From: Eledone cirrhosa
Lineage: Eukaryota
Reading direction: 5' to 3'
NCBI GenBank assembly: GCA_964016885.1
Contig: OZ024741.1
Span: 381,734,001-381,798,000 of the forward strand
Length of the DNA: 64,000 nt
The translations under genes and the position numbers were made by a program. Within the stretch, counting starts at the first letter, position 1; each line of letters begins with the position of its first letter. The notes beneath the pieces are model-generated. The model ran no database searches. It worked only from the letters and a program-made list of their open reading frames with translations, and was not told where the DNA came from. Shown here piece by piece: positions 28,894-41,420 of the stretch.

Positions 28894-29293
28894 TTACACC
28901 ACCGTTTGCAAATTTCTGTTTTATATGTTTATACACAAGATATGGCTTTCTATAATAATAGTACTAAACACTGTTTTCTGGACCCCTTTAGAAATAACCT
29001 GCTACTATAATAGCCCCAATAACTTGTCTGTAACTCTGTACCTCTTTGACCCCTTTAACTAAACTTTGTCCGAACAACACCACTAGAAGAATTTACTTCC
29101 CCCGCCAACCCTAACACGCCTCATTAAGCTAACTGCTGCCAAAACATTCTCTCCTTACAATCTCTACTAGTCTGACAGTCTTAAATCCTAGGACTCCCTC
29201 CCCCTTACTCACTTCCCTCTTCCCCTTCTCTTTCTACCTCCTTCTTTCTCTTTTATCTAGTGTATAAAATATTTTTATATCATTCCAATACAA

Positions 29294-29410
29294 AGGTCTG
29301 ACGACATGGTGTGTTTGCTTACAGTGTACCTTCGGTTTATGATAATATTTTTATATTATTCAAATAGCGAGGTATAGGTAACCCATACACTATAGAAACA
29401 ATTGTTACCT
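29294..29410 (+). ncRNA. Type I hammerhead ribozyme with a 90-nt stem II hairpin
   Basis: aggt-CTGACGA-[catggtgtgt...atacactata]-GAAA-caattg-TT-acct, with palindromic stem III ACAATTGT. It follows a pyrimidine-rich PLE-like tail and precedes (TA)n. Confidence 0.65.
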
Positions 29411-29454
29411 AATAAATTCTTTATACCCGCATTTCCATTCCATAAACTTCTTCT

Positions 29455-29550
<96 letters not shown>

Positions 29551-29846
29551 ATATAAAAACAAATAACGAAACGAAATTAAATTTCGTCTCGCTTCTAACT
29601 CACTTTTGTATGACTGACGCTTAAACAATTAAGTTAAAGTGTACATCTACATATGTATACGGAAGTATTAGTATGCATATAAATACACACATGTATACAT
29701 ATGTACATGTACTGAGTTTTTCACTAGACACTTTACAGTGAGTGTCCAGCTAGTCTGTATGTAACCACACAGACGGACCGGGTTTTAGAGTCATACGAGT
29801 TTTCAAGGAAACACATTTCCTCTATTCTCCAGAGAGCCAGACAGGA

Positions 29847-29889
29847 ATATTGGACTAGTTTCGATGTTATTACATCTCATCAGCAATAT
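29847..29889 (-). ncRNA. Minimal type I hammerhead ribozyme (inverted copy)
   Basis: Exact reverse complement of 30118-30160. Confidence 0.88.
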
Positions 29890-30117
29890 ATATTTCGTTT
29901 CGCTTCTAACTCACTTTTGTATGACTGACGCTTAAAGTTAGAAGCGAAACGAAATTTAATTTCGTTTCGTTATTTGTTTTTATCGTTTCCGCTGAACCGG
30001 TGCGTACAATGACTCACGTTCTATGCAAATTAGTCTACCCACTACTAATTTTCATAGAAAAAGCATATAACGATATGTGCTTTTACAATTCTCTAGAAAA
30101 GCCGGAATATGGGTTAT

Positions 30118-30160
30118 ATATTGCTGATGAGATGTAATAACATCGAAACTAGTCCAATAT
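30118..30160 (+). ncRNA. Minimal type I hammerhead ribozyme
   Basis: atattg-CTGATGA-gatg taataa catc-GAAA-ctag-TC-caatat. Complete core, G10.1-C11.1 pair, 6-bp stem I, palindromic ACTAGT stem III, GUC cleavage after 30154. Confidence 0.9.
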
Positions 30161-30587
30161 TCCTGTCTGAATCTCTGGAGAATAGAGGAAATGTGTTTCC
30201 TAGAAAACTCGTATGACTCTAAAACCCGGTCCGTCTGTGTGGTTACATACAGACTAGCTGGACACTCACTGTAAAGTGTCTAGTGAAAAACTCAGTACAT
30301 GTACATATGTATACATGTGTGTATTTATATGCATACTAATACTTCCGTATACATATGTAGATGTACACTTTAACTTAATTGTTTAAGCGTCAGTCATACA
30401 AAAGTGAGTTAGAAGCGAAACGAAATTTAATTTCGTTTCGTTATTTGTTTTTATCGTTTCCGCTGAACCGGTGCGTACAATGACTCACGTTCTATGCAAA
30501 TTAGTCTACCCACTACTAATTTTCATACTAAAAGCATATAACGATATGTGCTTTTACAATTCTCTAGAGAAGCCGGAAGATGGGTGT

Positions 30588-30630
30588 ATATTGCTGATGA
30601 GATGTAATAACATCGAAACTAGTCCAATAT
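30588..30630 (+). ncRNA. Minimal type I hammerhead ribozyme (second tandem copy)
   Basis: Identical to 30118-30160; predicted cleavage after 30624. Confidence 0.9.
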
Positions 30631-30850
30631 TCCTGTCTGGCTCTCTGGGCAATAGAGGAAATGTGTTTCCTTGAAAACTCGTATGACTCTAAAACCCGGT
30701 CCGTCTGTGTGGTTACATACAGACTAGCTGGACACTCACTGTAAAGTGTCTAGTGAAAAACTCAGTACATGTACATATGTATACATGTGTGTATTTATAT
30801 GCATACTAATACTTCCGTATACAAATGTAGATGTACACTTTAACTTAATT

Positions 30851-30901
<51 letters not shown>

Positions 30902-31044
30902 GGGGGGGGGGGGGAAGAAACAGATGCTGTGTAGTTGCTGGATGAGGTGTACTTATAAATAAGAGGAAAGCATGAACGGGAGAAAATTTTCCTTCATCAG
31001 TTTTCTGCTGGGGACCATAGATATTTCTAGTATATATATATATA

Positions 31045-31870
31045 TATAATTGGAAATCAGTAAAATCGAATCTCTGGCGGTTTGCAAGTAAATTCGGCCT
31101 ACTTATATGAAGTGATGTGTTAGCAAAGCACTCGATAAGATAGGTCTCAGAGTTATAACATACGTTTAAATAGCTTGACAAATCGAACATTGTGGTAGGC
31201 TAAACTAACACACAATACATACCAAAGCAACGAAAAAACTAATCAGGTTCAGAAAAATAGACCTGGATAAATCAGACGAGCGTTTGAAATGTTTCTCTGA
31301 CTCCGAAATCAAATATCAGACTTACTTGAATGGCAAGTTCATGGTATTGGTGACTGAACAGAGGAATCAGTTTTTCAACAGGTTTTCGTTCTGGTTATAA
31401 TCAGGTGTGATAAAATATGTTGCCGCTCGTATGGCTGCTAATCGAATCTATAGTTATCACGTGTTAATTCCGGCAAGGGAAATAACCCCTGGTTTTTGGC
31501 GGCTCATTCAAATGCTAGCGAATGGAAATATTTTAATTTCCGCTAATCATCATGATAAGCTCTCGACTAGATGTTATAAAACTAACACAAATAATAACCA
31601 ATCAACAGAATTTTACAATTAAATTAATTGGTTAATTATTAAATCTAGGAGATTAATATAATTGGAAATCAGTAAAATCGAATCTCTGGCGGTTTGCAAG
31701 TAAATTCGGCCTACTTATATGAAGTGATGGGTTAGCAAAGCACTCGATAAGATAGGTCTCAGAGTTATAACATACGTTTAAATAGTTTGACAAATCGAAC
31801 ATTGTGGTAGGCTAAACTAACACACAATATATACCAAAGAAACGATAGAACTAATCAGGTTGAGAAAAAT
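31045..31870. repeat. Partial tandem repeat (about 212-bp direct repeats, period 612 bp) between (TA)n tracts, probably PLE-derived
   Basis: 31048-31258 is nearly identical to 31660-31870. Confidence 0.75.
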
Positions 31871-31921
31871 TATATATATATATTAGAATTGCTGCTCTGA
31901 ATTAGCGATGTGTACATCATG

Positions 31922-32391
31922 TGTGTATAGTATATTTGGCAATATACAGTATGTTTAATTAAAAACATTTACAAGACCATACGATATCAGTTTTAAAGTA
32001 GTGACTATGTCACTTACTTATTTTCGGCGAAAAAGGGAGAGAAACTGACAGTTTGTTTCACGCTGGTTGCTGTTCAAGGGAGTCACGTACTCCCCTGCTT
32101 CCGCTGAAAGCACCTATCCTAATACCTCATATTTGGTGGACCGGCAGTCGCTCTGTTTTACTGGATTATTACTGGAATTCTATAAAAGTCCAGTTTCTAC
32201 AATGTTCGGTGGAAGCAGCGGAGTACGTGGCTCTGATGAACGCCAACCAGTGTGAAACAGACTGTCAGCTGCTCTCCCATCTTTCACCGAAAAGAAGTAA
32301 GTGACAGTCATTATTTTAAAACTGATAATGTATCGTCTTCGAAATGTTTTTAATTAAACATGCTGTATATTGTCAAATATACTATAGATAC
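31922..32391. mobile_element. PLE pseudo-LTR-like inverted repeat pair (about 190-bp arms) flanked by (TA)n
   Basis: 31922-32110 is the diverged reverse complement of about 32203-32391. Confidence 0.7.
32229..32270 (+). ncRNA. Minimal type I hammerhead ribozyme
   Basis: ggct-CTGATGA-acgc caacca gtgt-GAAA-cag a ctg-TC-agct, with quasi-palindromic stem III and a GUC site. Confidence 0.7.
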
Positions 32392-32410
32392 ATTCATATA
32401 TATATATATA

Positions 32411-32490
<80 letters not shown>

Positions 32491-32539
32491 TATATATACA
32501 TACATATATATATATATATAAATATATATATACATACAT

Positions 32540-32571
<32 letters not shown>

Positions 32572-33328
32572 TTCGTTTCTGAATTTGTTTACCAAGATTC
32601 TTTATCTGAAAACGTGTGTTGAAACCGATATTGTTATACTTTGGGAGGGTCATGTTGCCAATAAGAAACCCACTCTCCAGTTGCTTTCACTCCAAGTTGC
32701 TTTCAGTATGTGGAGCACTGTGAACAATTACACGCAAAGACAAAACCACGTTTATGGTATAACAGAAGTCGTGTAATTGTTATCGCTCCATATAATGACG
32801 TATTGTCTTCCTTGTTTTCGTTCATTGCCAGGGAATGTCTCCACGAAACACCTAATAGAATATTATTCTACGACTTCAAATATACCATGAACGTCGTTTT
32901 GTTTTTGCGTGTAATTGTTTTCACCGGTCCAAATAACGACGTATTTTCTGCGTTTTTCCCGTTCTTTGCCAGGGAACGTTTCTACAAAACAAAGTATCGT
33001 CTTTCTGTCTTCTTTCGGTTGCAACGTTTTTTCGAAATATTTACTTCTGCGTTCACAGATTAATTTTTTTACTTTCAGAAGATCCCGTTAAGGGCGAAAG
33101 CAGTGATTCTCTGCTTAAACTTTAATCTATTATTTTAATATATATATATATATATGTCTCTGTGTTTGGGTCCATATTATATCTGTATTTTTTACCGTTG
33201 GTCAGTCAATGGTAAACAGTGAGGACCGAATAAATTAATTGATATAAAAGATACGGAAGCGAAAACAAACCAGTGTGTTCTGTTATTAATTCTGGCAACA
33301 TTATTACAACAATATGACCCTCCCCAAG

Positions 33329-33359
<31 letters not shown>

Positions 33360-33433
33360 TGCGTTATGGTCCACCTGATCCCTTACCATACTTCGTTCGT
33401 TTTATATATATAGAAGAGAAATGGTGGTGTTGT

Positions 33434-33473
<40 letters not shown>

Positions 33474-33574
33474 ACAACACCACCATCTCTCTTCCATTCT
33501 CCTTCTCTGTCTCCTTTCCCTCTCTCTATGTCTCTTAATCTACTCTCTCACAACCATTATCTCTTTCTCTAAGG

Positions 33575-33760
33575 ACGGTGGATTGTCAGTATCGGTAGAG
33601 GGTCGGACGCCATGCTTTGACGCATAGAGTTACGGCCCTTATCATTCTGAGTTCAAATCCCGCCGAGTTTAACTTTGCCTTACATTCTTACGGGGTCGAT
33701 AAAATAAAGTTCAAGTAATGTACTGGGTAATTGCTGGCCTTGTGCCAAAAGTAGAAACAA
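33575..33760 (+). mobile_element. SINE family A, full length
   Basis: Matches 24832-25014; imperfect TSD attatctc..tctct. Confidence 0.9.
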
Positions 33761-34261
33761 TTATCTCCTTCTCTCTATCTTTCTCTCTCTCTGTTTATGA
33801 AGGTACTCGGAAAAAACCCATCTCTCAGGAACCCATGTGCCGCTTTACGCGAAACTTGTTTTATTAAATTTGTATACGCATTTCCGGGCATTCCTTTTAA
33901 AGTGTTTCCTATTATGCGCCATTTTGTCTGTATTACATTACAGACAAGCAATCAAACATTCACAGACATTTAGTATTATATAGACTAGCAGAAAAACCTC
34001 AATAGGGTGGTTTTCTGCTAGCATGTGTAGTGTGTAATTTGATATTATACACAAATATATATACATGTAGATATGATACATCAAATAAAATCGTAATTTG
34101 CAATATACACAGAAATTGATCGAAGTCTATGTTACACTGTTTTCTGTAATCAGTAAAGTAATCCATGATACATTAAAAAAAGACGATATTATATATAAAA
34201 TGCATTAGGAGAAAATTAGCGACGGAAATATATGTGATATTGTTATAGGTGTTATAAAATA

Positions 34262-34445
34262 ATTTTTTCTACTTTAGGCACAAGGCCAGCAATTACCCAG
34301 TACATTACCGGTACTTTATTTTATCGACCCCGTAAGGATGAAAGGCAAAGTTAACCTCGGCGGGATTTGAACTCAGACCGTAAAGGGACGTAACTATGCT
34401 AGAAAGCATGGCGTCCAACCCTCTACCGATACTGCCAAATGGCCA
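34262..34445 (-). mobile_element. SINE family A, full length
   Basis: Reverse complement of the family consensus. Confidence 0.9.
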
Positions 34446-35181
34446 CTAACCGGAAGTGTTGATATTTGAACATTTTAAAGAAGTGAATCTTTAAATAAGG
34501 TATACAGTATATTTAATCAACCACGAAATTTAGTACATAAATTGTGTAATATTCATTCATTATTCATTCAAAGTTATCCAATTTGTTTTACAAACAGGGT
34601 AAAAAAATATATTCTGGACACAGAGCCACACTCCGTTCTTTATTATAGTTAAGATAGATAAACCTTTCTCTTTCTATATAGTATAATCACCGCTCTTTAT
34701 ATATATATATATATTACTAGACTACCCGTGACCCAACACGTGATGGCAAGTCTATTATCTTATAATAGTGTATGGAATGAATACGGGTATGCGTTCACGT
34801 TCGTTATTTATGCGTTATTGATAGGGACATAACGCAGGCGATACGATTTGATATCAATTATTTGAAACAGTTTGTACTTTTAGCTGATTTCGTGTCTGAT
34901 ATATATGTATATTAATCATATTTTCTTAATTAATTTAGTAGATAATCATTAAAAGAAGTATTGCTAATGAAATGATATGTTATCGATTTTAGTTCATTGG
35001 TAGGTTAGCAGTTACAGAAAAGTATGTTTACCGCAGGGGAATTAGTTATTACGAGCAATTGTTTTTCTTATTTTCCAAATCGTTTTGGGGTGTGTCATAC
35101 CAATATTAAAACAGTTTTAATACTATGTGTCATGCTTGCTAACCGGATGTTATGCAATTTAAGTTTAAACCAGATTATAGT

Positions 35182-35310
35182 TGTTTCTACTTTAGGCACA
35201 AGGTCATAAATTACTCAGTACATTACTGGTACTTTATTTTATCGACTCCGTAAGGATGAAAGGCAAAGTTAACCTCGGCGGGATTTGAACTCAGACTGTA
35301 AAGGAACGTA
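35182..35310 (-). mobile_element. SINE family A, 5'-truncated
   Basis: Matches 34265-34392. Confidence 0.85.
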
Positions 35311-37060
35311 AATAGTCATCGTTTCTGAATGGATTTGTATATTTCACATATAATTTATTACAATATCCCCTGGGATCTGAAATAAAATAAATGGGTACTC
35401 TTTGAGAGGTTACATATATACCAATGAAAAGTATATACGTATGGAACCTAACAGTTTTATAATATTCATCCCCGTAACTTAATATCACAAAGTGTCTTGT
35501 TCTACAATCAAACAATTCTAGTTATTCATTGGTTTGGTATATAATATTAATAACATGATTTAGTTTATATAAGACTGCATAAATGATTACCTTATTTTAT
35601 CTAATGCATCAGCCTGTTGATGTTAACAGTACAGCTGTACCGACGTTTTAAGACTCTTCTCATTAAATGCATTTTGTTGGCTGTTTGCTTATTGGCTTTC
35701 CAATGTTAAAACATATGTGGGTATTTTGGAACAAACTTACAAATTCAATTAACATTTGAATCATATCATGTATTATTATTTTTATTTCAACCACTTTTGC
35801 TTTGTCACATTAGTGTTGTAACATTTTTCATGGAAGCAAATACGATATTCATATTTAATAACGGTAATAATTAAGATTTCTAATCTTTTTAGGGGGATGC
35901 GTATGATAACTATTGGCCCAAAGAAATCCATATTTTATTATATTTTTATTCGAGGCCCTTATCATCGTTTACTTCTGTGCAATATTTAGACTTTTGTAGC
36001 AGTCATGTTAATTATCATCGTAAGAATTTCTGTTGAGGATGTTAACCTCAAACATTTTCTACAACTGTTTAGAAACTCCCATTATTCGTAAATTCATTTA
36101 GATTATTTCTACGGAGAGACAACGTCACTACATTCATTTCTCACTAATGGAATTCGTGTTCCTGAAAATTTAGCAATGTTCCTATTGACACACGTTGGGA
36201 TCTGATTGATTCAATTAACATGAAATATATCTCAACCTTAAGTAAAACGTTAAGCCTTATCAACCGTTTTTGATGTTTACACCCATTTCATCAGAGTTGA
36301 CGCTAATGTTCACATTTATGTCATCTGACGCTATAAAAAAACAAGATGGCGGGAATGATTCACCGGTTAGTAAAACATTTTGAGGAACATTTTGTTTCAC
36401 ATTTCACCGGTATCGTTAGTAGGAGATTGCTGAAGATTGGAGGATTTAATTTGTTCTACATAGAATCCAAGCATGCCTAATAAGTGAGAATAGAACTCAT
36501 AACTGAAGATGTATTCCTAAAATGAAGTGTGGCTCTACCGTATTACCTTGATACATTAAATTATCCGCACATTTATATTTCGTCATTTTATCCATGTATT
36601 TTCAATACTCACGGCATAGTTCAAGTCCTCGATTGGTCAATGAAGAAAGTTTCACCTTTAAATGTGGTATACACTACAACAACTGGGTTCAGAGGAAAAT
36701 AGTATAAATACCCGCCCCGACGTTTTTAGTCCATATGGTATTGACTGAAACAATAGTATAGACCATAGTAAATAATGTTATGTATTCCTAACTTTGCACA
36801 TGTTCCACACCTATGTTGGTTATTTAGCATTTACCTCCCTTTACCATCTAACATTTTATTTCTTCATAGCTAAATTCAAAATTGCCTGCCCTTGAAGAAC
36901 TTTCACGGATTTTCTAAAATCAACCTGTCGATGTAGACCTTTTCTTTTTATATAACAGGATGAATGAGTTGCGGTGCATAATCCAACAAAACTTAATTAC
37001 CTGTATATGTCAGTGTTTATCTAATTTTATATATATATATATATATATATACATATATAA

Positions 37061-37092
<32 letters not shown>

Positions 37093-37899
37093 TGAATTCA
37101 TTCAATATGTTTCAAATTACATTCAGTGTCAGCCAGTGATTCTACTCAGGCAGCAATAATTCTTTCATTAAGCACTGAGAATGGAGAATGGTATTTGGTT
37201 TTGATCCAACAAAGGCAAGAAATAGTATTCTTATGAAGTCAGATTTAGAAATCCAATTGCCACCGAGTAGACGCCGACACCTGTTCTTCTGATGAAAAGA
37301 TATAATCTATTTCCTCAAACATTGTCTACAATACAGCACGAAGAAAATAGAGGGAATCACATTAACAAAGTAATAATTTAGTACTATGCACATGCATATT
37401 CACGCATATCAATACTTAGACATGCACATACATACACACACGCGCACTCAAACACGTATACACACACAAATATGTATATATACATTTAGATTGATAGATA
37501 GATAGGTACATATGCGTCTGGGTGTGTGCAGATGTTATATAGATATTATAAATGCGATTATATTACAGTAAACATGGAAATATATTTTCATTGAAACATT
37601 GCCTTTATAATAACGTACACGTAGACAAGAGAGTAATTATATTTGGATTATCCTAACATATTTCTATATATAGGTGTCTATTTATCGATATATCTATTTT
37701 TCTATCTGTATATCTATCTATTTATGTATATATAAATATTGTCTCTCTCTCTATATATATATAAATATTGCTCCCCGTCATATCGGTGCCAGTGCTCATT
37801 TCTCTAAGTCAGCCACTTTAGTTGAACTTCCTTTGTAAAACCAACGTCTAGTAAATAAACAAAACAAATACAACTCGTATGTATATATATATATACTTA

Positions 37900-39450
37900 T
37901 ACTTCGTTTTTGTATGTGTTTTGCAAGATTTAGTGTCTGAAAACATGTGTTGAAACATATATTGTTATACTTTCTAAGGTTCATGCTGCCAATAAAATTT
38001 CACTCACCGTTTGGGTTCCCCTTCATTTTATGATAAATTCAGTCGGCTACTTTTATAACCAGAAGGATATTAATTTGTTTATTGCTAAAGCGTTTTTGTC
38101 ACACGTTATGTGACCTCCTCGGTGACTATTTTGTTATTTTCTGTCTCTCACCATCTTGTTTTTGAGAGTTGTGTGCTGTGCGTTTTGTACTTGGTCTGCA
38201 CCAGGCTGCATGTGTCTGAGTTTGTGTTTTTATTTAATTTGTATAACTTTATTTAATCGTCACTATTTGGTTGTTTGTTTTATTTGTGTTTATCTGGTTA
38301 TTAGATTGGTTATTGTATGTCTCTGTATGTATTTATCTCATCATTAGATATTAGTTTTGATGTAGCTATTCCACTCATGTTTTCTGTTTAGTTTTAGTTG
38401 GAGTTCGTTTATGATTGTCGCTTCTGTAATCTGTCAGAACATTGCGTCTGTTCTGTGTGTGGATATGATTTTTATTTCTGCGTTCTATAGTGTGCCTCCA
38501 TGTTACAAGCTAGCTTATTTGCACAATATACACGTTTGTTCTCTTAATTTGCAGACTATAGGTTTTCTACGCGGGATAAGAATTACTTGGATACACATGA
38601 CTTTAGCAGCCCCTCACTCACAAGGCCAGGGAACGGTAGACCACTTACGATTAACTCCAGACGCAGATACCATGATGTAGCAGTTACCAGTACAATAAGG
38701 ATCCCATAAATCCACAACTAAGTAAAGAAAATCATCGGATAGGTGGGATAATATTAACAGTTAAGGAATATATGTGTAAATGCAATGGAAAAACATATGC
38801 GTCAGCATTCCTGGTTAGGTATCTAACATCTTCACGGCACTACTGGTTAGAAACCAATATTAATAAAACACAACTCCTTCATTCGTATATTAGCCCACGC
38901 CAATGGTCTCCGAACTCAGATAATATGTATGAAATTCAACATACTAATTAAGTGCTTAGTAAGAGCGATGAAGATTGTGCCCCGAGAGACAAATACATTT
39001 ATTCATCCACCACATGCAGTTCTCTCTCTACAATTAAACATACATGATTAGGGTGTATACGGGATGTAGTGTCAAATGCATGAGGATTGTATAAAATGAT
39101 GCGAATGGAACTTTCCCCATGGAGAAGAGCCTATTTGGGAATATGATAGAAAGAACTATGAATAATAATAACAAGATAAACTCGTGGTGTGATATCAAAT
39201 TATACCAGAGTGTAATATTCACAAATGCTTCCCGCAGAGGCGAACTCTCTTACATATTTAGACGGACTCAATACGAACTAAAATTAAATATTAAAATAAT
39301 ATAAGAAGCAGTTATTCCTATGAAAGATGTAATTAGTAGAACATCCGTTTGAGAAAACCCCCTGCACTGATAGAAAATGAATAGTATATAAATTAAACTC
39401 AGAAATTAACTGCAAAACTCGTAACCTAGTATATATTATAAGATGTACGG
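37900..39450. mobile_element. Rearranged PLE: minus-strand GIY-YIG end + pseudo-LTR + ORF restart (37900-38520), and a plus-strand RT-EN linker fragment (38890-39450)
   Basis: Minus strand: KIISTHRTDAMF*QITEATIINEL...NRKHEWNS, a decayed HHR near 38085-38128, and LRKYNNICFNTC (also at 32570-32660). Plus strand: ERTM..KINSWCDIKLYQSVIF..RGEL, homologous to 41032-41217. Confidence 0.7.
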
Positions 39451-40549
39451 CATGTTAGCAGCCTTTTTCATCGTCGTCGACTACAGTACCACACGAAGAG
39501 CCTGAATAAAATGATCCAAAACCTTGTCTTTGCCGATGATGCTGCTCTTGTTATATCCGTCTCTGATACGTTAGTCATTTAAGAAGGTTGACATGGACAT
39601 GTATTATAAATAGAACGAATAGTAATATGTGATTTAAGTTTCGTAGTGCACCATTTCAAGACAACACTCTTATCTTGTATAGCACGAGAAATAGTCATTG
39701 ATAATGAAGTATCGATTTCAATCCGTTTTAAATCTGATTTGGGCAGGTATAGGGAAGAATCGTTACCACAGTGACTAAGATGTTTTGCGGCATTTGTGAA
39801 TTCAAATCATACCAAGGTCAATTTTATCTTTCACACCTTTACTGTCGATACAATAATGTACCAGTAAAATTTTGCAGTTGATATATTTGACACACCTATT
39901 ACCATAAAGTGTGAAACCAGTTAAACTTTGAATTTACGGTGTAAATATATATAAATATCTGGTGCTTGAGTTGTAAAAACTATATCGTGGTGAAATACGT
40001 ATTCTCTTGAATTTTCGAGTGGAATTCGTGAATAAAATGTAGTAAACCTTGCTCCTTTCTGAATCCTCTTGGTGTCTCATGATATGTACAATCTGTCTGT
40101 CCATACTATCCTCCGAAGACTCGTCATGAGCACATTGCCTGTTATTATGAAGTTAGTGAAGATCACGATATATTTTTCAAACAGACCCCTCTACCTCCAT
40201 TCTGAATGTGTCCCTTATACCTCACGCAAACGACGATGCCGTTTGATTCGTTTTATAGCATCTCATGATACCAAGGAGTTTGGTCGTCTTATTGATGTCA
40301 GTCAAAAATCTGATAATTTTTCTAGATTCACAATGTCTATACTTTCATAGGGGCGGCCTTTACTCGACTCATAGAAAATCAATCTTCGCTTTTACTGGTT
40401 GTTGGGGAGTGCAGAATTGGTAATGTAATGACAGTGCGGTTAGTGCTGAAAATGGCCAGGGCTTTTTTTAAGCAACGGCTTATTATGGAGCCTGATCTAT
40501 AGAGCCATACACCGCATATAAGGCTCCGTAGAAGCCCCTGATATCTCCG

Positions 40550-41420
40550 ATGTTTGTTCTATATGTGTGTGTCTTGTTTGTTTTATTAATTTGGTTCTTT
40601 TGTGTCTCTGCATGTTTTCAGCTCGTCCTTAGTTACCTGTTGTGATGTTGCTATTCCAATTAGCTTTTCTGTTTAGCCTTGTTTGTAGTTCATCTATCAT
40701 CATCGCTTCTGTAAACTGTCAGAGATTTGCGGCTGCTCTGTGTGTGGATATGATTTTCATTTATATGTTCTCTAGAGTGCCCCAGTACTTCATTCTGGCA
40801 AGTTGGTGGAATACTGATGTGTTTTTACCATATTGGAGTTCTCGCCTGTGTTCATCAATAATCCCCCCTATAACTCGGGCCGTCACATCTATATAAATTG
40901 TGTTTCTACTCCTACACTTTCCCACCTTATACCTTACTCTATATTCTATGTTCGAGATTTGCAGTTAATTTGTAAGTTTAATTCAAACGGATGTTCTACT
41001 AAATCCGTCTTTCATGGGAATACATGTTTTTTTATATTTTCTTAATATTTAATTTTAGTTCGTATTGAGTCCGTTTAAATCTGTAAGATAAATCGCCGCT
41101 GCGGGAAGCAGTTGTCAATATTACACTCTGGTATAATTTGCTATCACACCACGAGTTGATCTTTTTATTATTATACATAGTTCTTTCTATTATATTCCAA
41201 AATATGCTCTTATCCATGGGCCAAGTTCCATTCGTATCATTTTATACAATCCTAGTCCATTTGGGCCTGGTTCCCTTATACACCCTAATCCTGTCTCTCT
41301 GATTGCAGAGTGATAACTGCATGCGGTGGATGAATTAATGTATGTGTCTCGCGGGACACATTCTTCTATGCTGAATTTCATATTATCTGAATGGCGGAGT
41401 TCGGAGGCCATTGAATTGGC
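40550..41420 (-). mobile_element. PLE 3' fragment (linker + GIY-YIG), Neptune-like (tentative)
   Basis: WNIIERTM..KINSW..YQSVIL..GDL..LNIK, then NCKSR..EYRV..C..IYIDVTAR..IDEHRREL and KIISTHRA...TEA. Confidence 0.75.

Larger units (their letters stand above)
29554..30854 (+). mobile_element. Retrozyme-like non-autonomous PLE-type array: about 1.95 tandem 470-bp units preceded by inverted partial copies, flanked by (TA)n
   Basis: 29937-30854 is a near-identical direct repeat with period 470. 29554-29891 and 29893-29935 are inverted copies of parts of the unit. Three HHRs, no meaningful ORF. Confidence 0.85.
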
